From contig NC_086108.1 in the NCBI RefSeq assembly GCF_963921235.1, positions 98,458,001 to 98,522,000 of the forward strand: a DNA stretch of 64,000 nt, given 5' to 3'. Numbering within the stretch: position 1 is the stretch's first letter; each line of letters begins with the position of its first letter. The DNA is from Mobula hypostoma. Its lineage: Eukaryota. Below the pieces are notes generated by a model that was given only the letters and a program-made list of their open reading frames with translations, made no database searches and had not been told where the DNA came from. Of this stretch, positions 1 through 12,834 are shown in pieces. The translations under genes and the position numbers were made by a program.

Positions 1-290
1 AGATTCCTTCTTCTTCAGCCCTTTATCACTCCCAGATTCTTACTTCACTCCCCTCCCCTCACCTACCTACCATCCCGCCTTACCTGCTACTTGCACTCCT
101 TCCCCTCCTCCCACTTTCTTATTCACTCATCTTCCCTCTTCCTTTCTAGTTCCTGATGAAGGAGAGTCTTAGCCCAAAACGTCAAGTCTTTATTCCTTTC
201 CATTGACGCTGCCTAACCCGCTGAGTTCCTCCAGCATCTTGTATGTGTTACTCTGGATTTCCCACATCAGCCGCATCTCCCGTGTTCTCA
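1..290 (+). mobile_element. Penelope-type 3' terminal repeat fragment with decayed hammerhead motif
   Basis: Pyrimidine-rich tract, cctgatgaagg...cccaaaacgtc, then gctgcctaacccgctgagttcctccagca, the same tail that follows the GIY-YIG ORFs elsewhere in the window. Confidence 0.75.
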
Positions 291-1023
291 GTTGGAATCT
301 TTTCACCGGCAAATTGACTGGATTTTCCCCAAAGGTGATAGCTTCATGGGTCTGAGGCCTAGCGCCCAATATCCTTAAATGGGAATTTTTCAGAAACTGG
401 CCCTTATTTTTCTTGAAAGGAACATAAACCAGACATTCTACATTTGAAGGAAGCCAAGAATTTTATCAGCTAGGCAAGAGAGAAAAAGAAAATGCTATTA
501 ATATAAGGAGGAATTGAGCTTCCAAGACTTTTTCAAAGCAAACAGAAGAATTACATTTGACTAATAGGTTTTCTTTAAAATGACTGTTGTAGGGCAGGAT
601 TAGTGAAACCAACCAACAAATGTATTACCTTAACCAAATATAGGAAAAAAATAAGAATGGTGCACGTGTCAGACAATTATAAGTGGTGTTATCAGCAAAA
701 TATTGAAATGTAGCCAGGATAATAATTATTAACAATTAAAGATAAGTTTTCAAATCTGGCCCCAGATAAATTATTCCCCAAATCTTCTCTTGCCATTTGC
801 AACCAAATGACAGTCAGGAATTAATCATAAAATATTAATGCATTAATTTAGCTTCAGCATTCAAATCAAGCATTTATAATGCCCTTGTGTGGTAATATCC
901 AGCAACTCAGAAATAATTGTAAAAATAGTCTTAGGGAGCATATTTCCAGTTATAATTTAGCAGGTTGTTCTGATTTTCTACAAACTCATTTCTCAAATCT
1001 ATTTTCATTCACTTACTAAGGTG

Positions 1024-1442
1024 TCCTCCAAGAGGACCACCACCTTGCTGTTGGGCTTGGAGGCTTGTGTGTCTCAATGACCCAGAGAGCTATGTTGGCT
1101 GAAGTCAGGGCTTTATGCTTTGACCCTTGGTAGGATCACCCCTGCCAAACAGGTCAAAGGGTAAAGGACAGACTAGAAGAGGTCCTCCGGTCCTCAAGGT
1201 TCGAGGGTTCAGCTCAGGGCTAACACCCCTGATTGGTAAAACAAAACTGTTGTGGAAACAACAATGAAGAATCCTTCTACATGTGTGGGATGGCATTCCT
1301 GAGTCTCCACCCAGAACTTGTGTGACCGACAGCAGTGAAAGCCAAGAGGAAGCTACTGACATGATGACGGAAGCCCTGAACACCACCAGAGATGGAGGAC
1401 CCTCATTGCTACCCTAAACACCAGTGGTATCATGGGTAGTAA
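1024..1442 (+). mobile_element. Non-autonomous RTE-derived element (5'UTR joined to 3' end), copy 1
   Basis: Colinear along its length with 34100-34528 (reverse); RTE-like 5' UTR and gtaa tail. Confidence 0.65.
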
Positions 1443-2229
1443 AAATTAAAAACACTAAGGTATATCACTGCATTTTCTTGGATATCAATTTCATAAACAG
1501 TTCTGCCGTTTGATATACCAACCAGAATAAAGACCAGAAAAAGGGAGAATGCATGCGTTTTTCAGTGTGATGATAGCTGAAGTGTTGCACTGCCAATCAA
1601 GGTCAATGAGAAAGCATGGCCAGTTCCAACTGTGTCATTTTGTTCACACTAGTACATGGAATAGGCTTTTATCCATCTGGGAATTATGGCCCATCTGCTT
1701 GGGCTCTCTATCTTCAAGAAGTTTGAAAACATACAGGTAGCTTAGGGACTGGCAACATCTTTCATTCAGTGTAGCATGACTTCGAGGGCAAAAACAGAGC
1801 AATGGAAATGTGGATATCAGAGATCCAAAATCTCACTGGAGCTGATATTATTGCTATAGTCAAACCTTAAATCCATTCCACCTGCTTTTAACAGTACCGG
1901 AAATCTAGCTGAAGATTCCATGGCTGAATGGCGTTGGAAGTTTCAGACATTCCTATGCAAAGCATACAGGAATGTAAAAGACCTATGGGCCAGTACATGG
2001 ACAGGAAAGTTGTGGGCCAGACATAGGCTATGGAACTAGCTCAGGTGGGCAAGTTGATCTGTGTGGACAAGTTGAGTTAAGGGGCCTGTTTTCTGTGGTC
2101 TGTCACTCTATAGTAATTGGTTGCACCTGAACTGCCTCACTGAGGTAAACACCACAGCATCACGTTCATCCTACAACTGCACCAAAATGTTCCACTAAGT
2201 TCCAGCGCATCAGGTCCTGATGTCAATCA

Positions 2230-2410
2230 TAAACACGAGAAATTCTGCAGATGCTGGAAATCCAAAATGACACACACAAAGTGCTGGAGGAGCTCAGCAG
2301 GCCAGGCAGCATCTATGGAAATTAATAAGTCGGTGTTTCGGGCCTTGAATGAAGAAGGTTCTTGCCCCGAAACGTCAACTGTTTACTTATTTCCATGGAT
2401 GCTGCCTCAC
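2230..2410. mobile_element. Fold-back (head-to-head) Penelope terminal repeat
   Basis: Arms aggcagcatctatggaaat (2304-2322) and atttccatggatgctgcct (2389-2407). Confidence 0.7.
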
Positions 2411-2920
2411 CCAATGACATCAATCATGTACTGCACGTTTCAACTCATATGTTGCCCCTTTGTGAATCTCTCGATCAAAGCTGATCTGGGGTGTGAAGAG
2501 ATTGAAAACATGGATGAGTCTTAGAGTCATGGAACACCACATGCACAGAAACAGGCCCTTCACCCTATCTAGTCCGTGCCAAGCTATTAATCTGCCTACT
2601 CCCAATGACTTGCACCCAAATCATAGCCCTCCATTGCCCTCCCATCCGTGCACCTTTCCAAACTTCTCATAAATGTTGAAACTGAACCCACATCCACCAC
2701 TTTTGCTGGCAGCACGTTCCACGCTCATATCACCCTCTGAGTAAAGAAGCTTCCCCTTCATATTCCCCTTAAATATTTCACCTTTCACCCTTAACCTAGG
2801 ACCTCTTGTCTCACTCAATCTCAGTGGAAAAGACCTGCTTTGCATTTGGCTTATCTATACCCCTCATAATTTTTATACCTCTATCAAATCCTATCAATAT
2901 CTAGAACGTATAAGAAAAGG

Positions 2921-2987
2921 CAGTGTTTTCCAAACTTTTTTATGCCATGGACCAATACCATTAGGGAAGGGGTCCATGGACCCAGGT
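2921..2987 (+). mobile_element. hAT-Charlie-type MITE, truncated
   Basis: Starts cagtgttttccaaact; body similar to 35120-35200. Confidence 0.55.
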
Positions 2988-3371
2988 AATAAAGTCCTAA
3001 CCTATCCAGCCTTCCCCTACAACTCAGGTCCTCAAGTCCCGGCAACATCCTTGTAAATCTTCTTTATGGCAAGGAAACTAGGTCAGGGCACATTCCAAAA
3101 CATGAAAATCCATTCCAGGTTTTCTTGCTCTTTTATTTTTCCCACATTAATTTCTTTCTGGTCTCCTCTTGGTAATCCCAGACTTCCTTCTCTATGTTCT
3201 TCTATTCTCCTCTGTCTCCCTTTTCCTTCCAATCAACTTTATTCTCTTTTTTTTTGCCCCTCAGAAGTAATATTCATGCCTGGCTATCCAGTGGCTCCTG
3301 GTTGGTCACCATTTTAATTCCATTTCCCCATTCCCACAGTGTCCTGTCCATACTCCTCCACTGCCAGGATG

Positions 3372-3994
3372 TGTCACGGTCCGGTCCACTGACTCCTCAT
3401 TTCAGTTAATTTCCTTTTCCCCGTGTTCTACCGGGCTCCTTGATTACGGCACCTGATCCTCATCCGAATTGGCAGCATAAAAACTCCGGCTTACATCTAC
3501 TCGATGGCCGGCACACCGCAGCCAGGGTGGCAATGCACTTTCCAGGGCCGCTGAGACTGGACTCCTCAGGCAGTGAGGTAATGCATGTTCTAGGCCGCCG
3601 AGAATGGTGGATTCTAAGTGGCTTCAGTGCCTGGGGTTGCTTCCGGAATTCTGTCTCTTCATGTTCAGCTAAGTGATTGCCAGCCGTTTGCCGTTTCATG
3701 TACCAAGATACGAATTGTCTGTCATTGTTTGGTTTTGTCGTCTCGTGTCCAGCTGAGGATTGCAGGCCATTTGCCGCTCCTCCGAGCCAAGGTACGAATT
3801 GTCTGTCGTTGTTTGGTTTTGTCATCTCGAGTCCTGGCTCCTCCAGTTTGTTGTCCAACGTTTATGTCCATGTAAGCATCTAATCCTCGCCCTCCTCCCT
3901 TCCTGGCAACTGTTAATAAAATACACTTCTGTTAATGTTACCTCCGTGTCTGTGTCCTGCACTTGGGTTCACCCCCCAATGCCCCATTGTAACA
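3372..3994 (+). mobile_element. Solo LTR (Gypsy-like) inserted in a Penelope GIY-YIG remnant
   Basis: TGTCAC...GTAACA termini, AATAAA near the 3' end, degenerate 5-bp TSD (ggatg/acatg); flanking Penelope sequence reads through when it is removed. Confidence 0.7.
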
Positions 3995-4436
3995 ACATGA
4001 GGTCAAACACAAGCTAGAGGATCACACCTAATATTCCGTCTGGATAGTGTACAACCCAACTTCATCAGTATTGAACCCTCCAATTCCCCATAACCTACTG
4101 CCCTGCTTTTCCTTTCCCTCTCCTTCTGCTTTACCAGGTTCTCCAGCATAATCCAAACTCCCCCTCCTGCTCCCTATCACTGTTTCATTCCTCCCAATGG
4201 GTTTCCTCCTCTGCTGTTCCCATCCGCCTAACCCATCTCCATCATCTGGATCTGTGTTCCACTTACCTTTCCCATCAGAGTCCATCATCTGTTGCCTCCA
4301 CTCATCACCTTGCAGCTTCTTGCTGTTCACACCCGCCCCTCCTCAATTTCCCTATCACTTCTCCTCACCTGGATTCACCTGCTCTTGATTCATCCCTCCA
4401 CCCCAGTCATCTCCCCTCTATTCCTTAAGTCTAGAT

Positions 4437-7181
4437 CAGTGATTCCCAACCGGAGGAGGGGGGTGCGTTAGGGAATAGAAGTCGTCCGGGGGCATTTCAT
4501 GATTCTTGGCGGGGAGGGGCGGGGTGGTAAGAGGCACTCTAATTTGAGGCATGAGACCTGACCCACCGTTAGTAGAGCAGGCAGTCCCCCCCCCCCAAAA
4601 AAAAGAGTGCGACACTGGAAGAACCGTAGCTCCACAGACCTGAGCACCTGCCATGACAAAGCTTCTGACATCTCATCCGACCAAACAGACATTATTGGGG
4701 ATGCATCAATTAGCAACCAGGGTGGCCAACAGTTCCCTTTGACTCACAGCACGGAACGAACTCATGCAATTTTAACAATCAAGTACACCCTTTCAACTTT
4801 CTCACAGTTCTAGAGAAAACAGGTCACGCAACGATCCAGCGCTGGAACCAAAGTCAGTGAACCTGCCGACCGCGAGGATTCCACTTGCGGTGTTCAAAGC
4901 GACCTCAGTTTCGTGTGTGCGGTTAAGAACCATCTTTGGGGATTATGAAACCCTAACGTGATTGGTCAATCGCGCGAACTGGAATAGTCTAAAAGTAGCT
5001 TGCCGAACACCAGCCCTCTCCAGACTAACATTCAAGTTCCAATCTTTGTCAATGTAACTTTCGCTGTTGTGATCGTCTTCATCTTCGCCTCGCCATTCCT
5101 TTGCATTCCACTACTATTGTTCCAACCGTGTCAACTCGCTGCCGTCGTCGGCATCTGATAGGCATTCCCAGTCTGTGTTAATTTTTAAAATTCAATTTAG
5201 CCCTGTTAATGATAGATAAATACATATGGAGCGATCTCCTTGAGTCTGAAGGCGGTGAAGCTTTGAATTCTAATCCTGCTAAGAACCGGAAACTGCAGAA
5301 ATTGCGTTAATACAGCGTTACAGACCTGGAGTGTGGTTTTATTCCGTTCCTGTCAGAACAGCGATGCCCCGTGTGTCTTATTTGTAAAACTGTACTGTCT
5401 ACTGAAGCCATGAGACCATCAAGATTGCAGGAACACTTCCGTAAAACACACCCTGAAAAGGCTACTTGCGTTATTACTCAATTCCAGAAGATGAGAGAAG
5501 TATTTTAAAAGCGTTGCACATCGAGTCATTTGCCAATAAAGCTAAAAATAACCTTGATAGTGGTTTCATTACTGCTTATAACATTTCCAAAATGATAGCA
5601 ATCTGTGGAAATTCTCACACATTTGGTGAGAGATTAATAGTGCCTGCTGCATCAGAAATGCTCACTACTGTTCTCAAAATGGAGACCAGTATTTTAAAAT
5701 CATCCTATTGACAAAATGAGTGGAGGCATTGAGTATCAACCATGCACCACAGAGCTACAAAGACAAACAGAATTTGGGATACAACTGGATGAGTCAACTG
5801 TGTGAGACAACGAGGCTAATGGAATATGTATGGTTTGTCAAAAATTGAAAAGTTTATGAAGAGATTCTCTTTTGTAAAAAGTTAAAACAAATATCAACAG
5901 AGAATCAATCTATGACTTTCTCAAAATTTATATTGAGAATAAAAGTATTCCAATTGGGAACATGATTTCTTGTACAACAGATGGAATCATATATGACAGG
6001 TCACCATGCTGGTTCAGTAGCACTTATGAAAAATAAATTCCATTTCTGTTTGCAATCTATTGTGTAATTTATCATCAACATCTCACAACCAAAACCCTCA
6101 ACTTTTTCAAGCATGACTTCTAATAGCTGTTGTCAACAAAATTAAAGCTTATCCATTAAAGAGCAGAATATTTCCCCAGTTATGCCAAGATAACGGTGAA
6201 GAATTTGAATGCTTGCTTGCTTCACACGGAAGTGCATTGGCTGTCAAAAGGCTGCTGCTTAGAATGTTTCTTTGATCTTTTTGACACTGTTGTTGAATTT
6301 TTGTTCAAAGTCAACAAGAGCTTGGGGAAACAAGATTGAACTATGTGGAGATGTGGCATACCTAGCCGATCTGTATGACAAAATGAACATACTAAATATG
6401 AAACTGCAGGGTGAGAATTTCAATTTAATCCAGGCAAAAAGTGCAGCATCTATTTTTATCAGCAAATTGGAAATATACAAGCAAAACATTGGTAGAAGAA
6501 TGTTCTCACAATTTCCCTGCATGGAACGTATGTTACTGTCTTTCACAGACGTGATTTGCTAGAGTACTGCTGACATCTGCAGTCACTGAAGAAGGATTTT
6601 GAAAATCAATTCAAGGATTTTAATGTTCTGGAAAATCCGGACTGAGTAATTAACGCATTTATTTGCAAGGTGGAAGAACAGGAGCTTGCGAGAAGAATTT
6701 ATTGAAATTCAATATGATGAAGAAGCAAAAGTGCTTTTCAAGAATGTTAGCTTTTGTGGTATGTGGCTACACTGTCATACGAAGTTTCCTGGTCTTTGGA
6801 GAAGAGCCAAACTACTTCCTCCTACCTTGATGAAAGAGGCTTCAGTGCAGTGAACCATATACTCACAAAAAACAGAAACTGCTTGAACATTGTCACTTAA
6901 GGTTTTTACTACCATAACTTGAACCAGATATTTCAACTCTTGCTAAAAACCATCAAGCTCAAGGATCACACTGATATCGAAGCTGCTGTATAGTGCACAG
7001 GTAGATTTAAAGACAAATAAAAATTTAAAGCAAAATCATTTTTCTCATGTTAGCATATAGTAGACATGTTTTTACACTATGGTGGGGGGGGTGCTGGAAA
7101 GTATATTGTGTCTAAGAGGGACTTTGGCAAGTATGAAGGTGGTTTAGGAGGGCCTTAAGCTAAAAAAGTTTGGAAACACTG
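4437..7181 (+). mobile_element. Full-length decayed hAT-Charlie/Buster DNA transposon (2745 bp)
   Basis: TIRs cagtgattcccaacc / aagtttggaaacactg; 8-bp TSD gtctagat/gtccagat (NTCTAGAN type); broken transposase ~5220-6973 with CPVCLICKTVLSTEAMRPSRLQEH, QLDEST, LHTEVHWLSKG, AYLAD, QAQGSH*. Confidence 0.9.
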
Positions 7182-7699
7182 GTCCAGATGAAAGGTCTCA
7201 ACTGGAATTGTTGAGTCTATTTCCCTCCATAGAGTTTTCCCTGACTCGCTGAGGTCCTCCAACAGAAATTGGCTCTCTTGGCTTTCCAGGCTATTTCAAT
7301 TTTCACCAACAGGCGGTTATAATAACGCTATTACCGTGCCAGTGACCCTGGTTTAATCCTGCCGCTGTCTGCGAGGACTTTCTACATTCCTTCGGGTACT
7401 CTAGTTTCCTCCCACATTCCAAAGACAAATAAATTAATAGGTTAATTGGTCACCTGGGTAAAATTGAGATGTGTCTCATTGGGCCGGAAGCACACTGAAT
7501 CTCAAATAAATAAATAATAGCAACTACAATTCCTATGTTTGTAGGAATGCCATATTTGAACATCAAATGATGCTTTTAGCTGAAAAGCAAGTTATGCATC
7601 TCTGAATCCAATATTTCATAAGAGGTGTGTCTGGGAATCTTGTTTTGAGAATTTCCATTTCAGTATCAGGGATCTGTTAATTCTATGATTCTAATCTGG

Positions 7700-9450
7700 C
7701 GACGGTAAAATACCTGGAGGTCACTTTAAAGGAAGGATGTCAGTAAGCTTCAGAGGGTGCAGAAAGGATTCACAACGATGATACCAGGACTGTAGGGCTA
7801 AAGATATATAGACATAGACTATTTTCTAAACAGGGAGTAAGTTCAGAAATTGGAAGTTCAAAGGGACTTGGGAGTTCAAATACAGGATTTCCTAAAAGGT
7901 AAACGTGCAGGTTAAGTACTTGGTGAGGAAGGCAAATGCAACGTTAGCATTCATTGCCAGAGGATTAGAATATAAAAGCAAGGATGTAATGCTGAGACTT
8001 TACAAAGCATTGGTCAGACTGCACTTGGAGTACTGTGAGCAGTTTTGGGCCCGTTATCTAAGGAAGGAGGTGTTGCCGTTGGAGAGGCCAGAGGAGGTTT
8101 TGGACCTCGTGATGATCCCATGAATGAAAGGGTTAATGTATGAGGAGCATTGATAATTCTGGGCTTGTACTTGCTGGAGTTTAGAAGAATAGGGGGTGGG
8201 GCGGAAGGGGAAGATCTCATTGAAACCTACAGAATATTGAAAAGCTTAGATGGAGTGGACATTAAGAGGATGTTCACTATAGTGGGGGAGTCTAGGACCA
8301 GAGGTCACAGGCTCAGAACAGAAGGATGTCCCTTTAGCACAGAGACAATGAGGAATTTCTTTAGACAGGTGGTGAAACGGTGGAATGCTTTGCTGCAGGT
8401 GGCAGTGGAGGCCAATTCATTGGGTTTATTTAAAGCGGAGGTTGATAGGTTCTTGATTAATTAAGGTGTCTACGGTATGGAGAGAAGGCAAGAGATTGGG
8501 GTTGAGAGGGAAAATAAATGAGCTATGGTTGAGTGGTGGAGCAGACTGACTGGGGCGAGTGGTACTATTCTGCTCCCACACCTTACATCGAGAGGCTGGG
8601 GCTTTTCCATCTGGAGCGCAGAAGGCTGATGGGTGTCCTCACACAGGTTTATACATCTGTGAGCGGCATAGGTAAGGTGAATGGTCACAGCGCTTTTTCC
8701 CAGAGGAAAAGGAAAGGTTTTAGGAGCAAGGTTTTCACACAGAGTGTGGTGAGAATGTAGAGTAGAACGAGCTACCAGAGGAAGTGGTAAAGGTAGATAA
8801 AAATACAACATGTAAAAGACATTTGGACAGGTACATGGATAGAAAAGATTTGGAGGGATATGGGCCAAATGCAGGCAAGTGCAAGTAGCTTGAATAGACA
8901 CCTTGGTATCAGCACGGACTAGTTGAGTGGAGGGGCTGTTTTCCGTACTGTACAACTCTATGACTATGCAGGCTAAAGGGAATAATTCATGTAGAAACAT
9001 GGCCAGGATGGACAAGTTGGTCTAAACAGGTGTATTCCTTGCTGCTTTCCTCTTTGGAGCAAAGCATGATGAGAAGTGACTTCACAGAGGTATAGAAGAT
9101 GATCACAGGAATAGATTGAGTGGAGCGCTAGAGACTTTTTTCACAGAGTGGAAAAGGCTAATAGAAGGGGCATAATTTTTAAAGTGATTGCAGTAAAGCA
9201 TAGGGGCAATGTCAGAGGTAAGTCTTTCTACACAGAGAGTGGTGGGTGCGTGGAATGCCCTGACAGGAGTGGTGACTGAGGCAGATTCATTCGGGGCTTT
9301 TGAGAAACTGTTAGATAGTCACAAGATTGAAAGAAAAAATGGAGGGCAATGTAGGTTGGATTGATCTTAGAGTAGGTTAAAAGGTCGGCACAACCTCAAG
9401 GTCTGAATGGCTTGTAATGTGTTGTAATTTTTGATGTTCTAGGATCCTAT
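7700..9450 (+). mobile_element. Cluster of 5'-truncated CR1 LINE 3' fragments
   Basis: LYKALVRLHLEYCEQFW, ESRTRGH, WNAL motifs in several consecutive pieces. Confidence 0.8.
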
Positions 9451-10170
9451 GACTCTGTGACACTCTTTCGGTCTGTTGGTTAGACCTGCAACATGGACGA
9501 GCCATGTAAACACTCACAGTTAAGCACATTTCCTTGGATACAAGTAAGGAATAACACAGAAGCAAAGCAAACCCCTGAAGTCTGGAGTTGCTTTCCTTAC
9601 TGTTTCTTCGTGTACGTGCATGGGCCAGTGTTAAATATTAAGACCTTAAGACATAGGAGCAGAAATAGGTCTTTGAGTCATGTCCATCATTTCATTACGG
9701 AGATCCATTTCCCTCTCAACCCCATTCTCCTGCCTTTTCCCTGCAACCATTCATGCCCTGACTATCAAGAACCTATCAACCTCTGCCTTAAATACACCCA
9801 ATGACCTGGCCTCCACAGCCACCTGTGGTAATGAATTCTACAGATTCACCACCCTTTGGCTAACAAAATTCCTCTTCATCTCCATTCTAACTAGACATCC
9901 CGTCTATTCTGAGGCTGTGCCCTCTGGTCCTAGACTCCCCAACTGTAGAAAACATCATCTCCACATCCATTCTATCCTGCCCTTTCAATATTCGACAGGT
10001 TTCAATGAGATCCCCCCCTTCTTCTAAATTCCAGCCAGTACAGGCCTAGAGACATCAAACACTCCTCCTATGATGCCTTTTAATTCCTGGAATCATTTTC
10101 GTGAACCTCCTTTGAACTCTCTCCAATGTTCAGCATATCCTTTCTACAAATTTTGTAAGATAAGGGGTCC

Positions 10171-12500
10171 GAAACATAGAAACATAAAAAACCTACAGCA
10201 CTATACAGGCCTTTCGGCCCACAAAGCTGTGCCAAACATGTCCCTACCTCAGAACTACCTAGGCTTTAACCATAGCCCTCTATTTTTCTAAGCTCTACGT
10301 CACCATCCAGGAGTCCCTCAAGAGTCCCTATCATTTCTGCTTCCACCACCACCGCTAGCAGCCCATTCCACACACAACCTGCCTTTGACAAACCCATGCT
10401 GACTATTCCTAATCATATTATGCCTCTCCAAATGTTCATAAATCCTTCCTCTCAGGATCTTCTCCATCAACTTACCAACCACTGAAGTAAGACTCACTGG
10501 TCTATAATTTCCTGGGCTATCCCTACTCCCTTTCTTAAATAAGGGAACAACATCTGCAACCCTCCAATCCTCCAGAACCTCTCCCATCCTCACTGATGAT
10601 GCAAAGAACATTGCCAGAGGCTCAGCAATCTCCTCCCTCACCTCCCACAGTAGCCTGGGGTACATCCGGTCCCAGTGACTTATCCAACTTGATGCTTTCC
10701 AAAAGCTCCAGCACATCCTCCTCTGTAATATCTACATGCTCAAGCTTTTCAGTCCACTGCAAGTCATCCCTACAATCGTCAAGATCCTTTTCCGTAGTGA
10801 ATACTGAAGCAAAGTATTCATCAAGTACCTCAGCTATTCCCCTCGGTCCCATATACACTTTTCCACTGTCACACTTGATTGGTCCTATTCTCTCACATCT
10901 CATCCTCTTACTCTTCACATACTTGTAGAATGCCTTGGAGTTTTCCTTAATCCTGTCTGTCAAGGCCTTCTCATGGTCCCTTCTGGCTCTCCTAATTTCA
11001 TTCTTAAGCTCCTTCCTGCTAGCCTTATAATCTTCTAGATTCCTATCATTACCTAGTTCTTTGAACCTTTTGTAAGCTCTTCTTCTTGATGAGATTTACA
11101 ACACCCTTTGTACACCACAGATCTTGTACCCTACCATCCTTTCCATGTCTCATTGGAACGTACCGTCTCAGAACCTCAAGCAAATATCCCCTGAACATTT
11201 GCCACATTTCTTCTGTACGTTTCCCTGAGAACATCTGTTTCCAATTTATGCTTCCAAGTTCCTGCCCGATAGCCTCATATTTCCCCATCCTCCAATTAAA
11301 TATTTCCCTAACTTCCTATCCCTCTCCAATGCTATGGTAAAGGAGATAGAATTGTGATCACTATCTCCAAAATGCTCTCCCACTGAGAGACTTGACATCC
11401 GACCAGGTTCATTTCCCAATACCAGATCAAGTACAGCCTCTCCTCTTGTAGGCTTATCTACATATTGTGTCAAGAAACCTTCCTGAACACACCTAACAAA
11501 CTCTACCCCATCTAAACCCCTCACTTTAGGGAGATGCCAATCAATATTTAGGAAATTAAAATCTCCCACCACAACAACTCAGTTATTATTACTCCTTTCC
11601 AGAATCTGTCTCTTTATCTGCTCCTCGATGTCCCTGTTACTATTGGGTGGTCCATTAAAAAAAAGCACCCAGTAGAGTTATTGACTCCTTTCTATTCCTA
11701 ACTTCCACGCACGGAGACTCCATAGACAACCCCTCCATGACTTCCTCCTTTTCTGCAGCCATGACACTATCTCTGATCAACAGTACCACGCCCCCACCTC
11801 TTTTACCTTCCTCCCTATCTTTTCTGAAACATCTAAAGCCTGGCACTTGAAGTAGCCATTCCTGCCCCTGCACCATCCAAGTCTCTGTAATGGCCACAAC
11901 ATCATAGCTCTAAGTACTGATTCATGCTCTAAGCCCATCTGCTTTATTCATAATACTCCTTGCATTAAAATAGACACATCTCAAACCATCAGTCTGAGCG
12001 CGTCCCTTCTGTATTACCTGCCTATCCTCCCTTTCGCACTGTCTCCAAACTTTCTCTATTTGTGAGCCAACCTCCCTTTCCTCCGTCACTTCAGTTCGGT
12101 TCCCACCCCCCAGCAATTCTCTCCGGGACTCTCTAGGACCTCCCACATCTGACACCGAGCACAGAAAACTGGCCTCACACACATACTTTCTGTCTTTATT
12201 TTAAACAGATAACTTACCTGGCCTCGACCCTTTATCACCTAAGCCCTGTTGAGCCAAAGCCTTCCTACTCTGTCTCCCACTACTCCATCGCCCGCTCCGC
12301 CGATGCCCGATCTGTAAATCTGTCTTCTTTTTAAACTCTTCCCACTGTTCTCACTGGCTGACCTCCACGTGCTTGTGCATTCATGCCCTGTTGAAACCGC
12401 TGAAGAAATAACCATCACCTTTTAAACTCTGCTCGCTTTTAAACTCTTCCCACTGTTCTCACTGGCTGACCTCCACGCACTCGCGCAGTCATGTCCCGTT
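10171..12500 (-). mobile_element. CR1 LINE with both ends but two large internal deletions
   Basis: 5'UTR, ORF1 start (FCARCQMWEV), APE (AITETW, GDFNF, SDH), NYRPVSLTS, then a jump to the 3' end and (ttctatg) tail. Confidence 0.8.
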
Positions 12501-12834
12501 TTAGTAGTGACTAGTGGTGTTCCACAAGGGTCAGTGTTGGGACCACTTCTTTTTATGTTGTATATCAGTGACCTAGATGATGAATTTCATGGCTTTGTGG
12601 GCAAGTTTGCAGACAATATGAAGACAGGTGGAGGAGGAATTAGTTTTGAGGAAGCAGGGAGGCTGCAAAAGGACTCAGACAGATTAGGAGAATGGGCAAA
12701 AGAAGTGGCGGATGGAATACAGTATTGGGAAGTGTCTTAAAGCAGTGATGCTGAAACACATCACTTCTGCGTACGATATGAGACCAAAAGCACACACAAA
12801 ATATTTAAACACATTTCCATCTTTCCAAAACATA

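Noticed and set aside
5220..6973. Domesticated ZBED/SCAND3/FAM200-like gene
   Set aside because: Multiple stops and frameshifts; TIRs and TSD still present.
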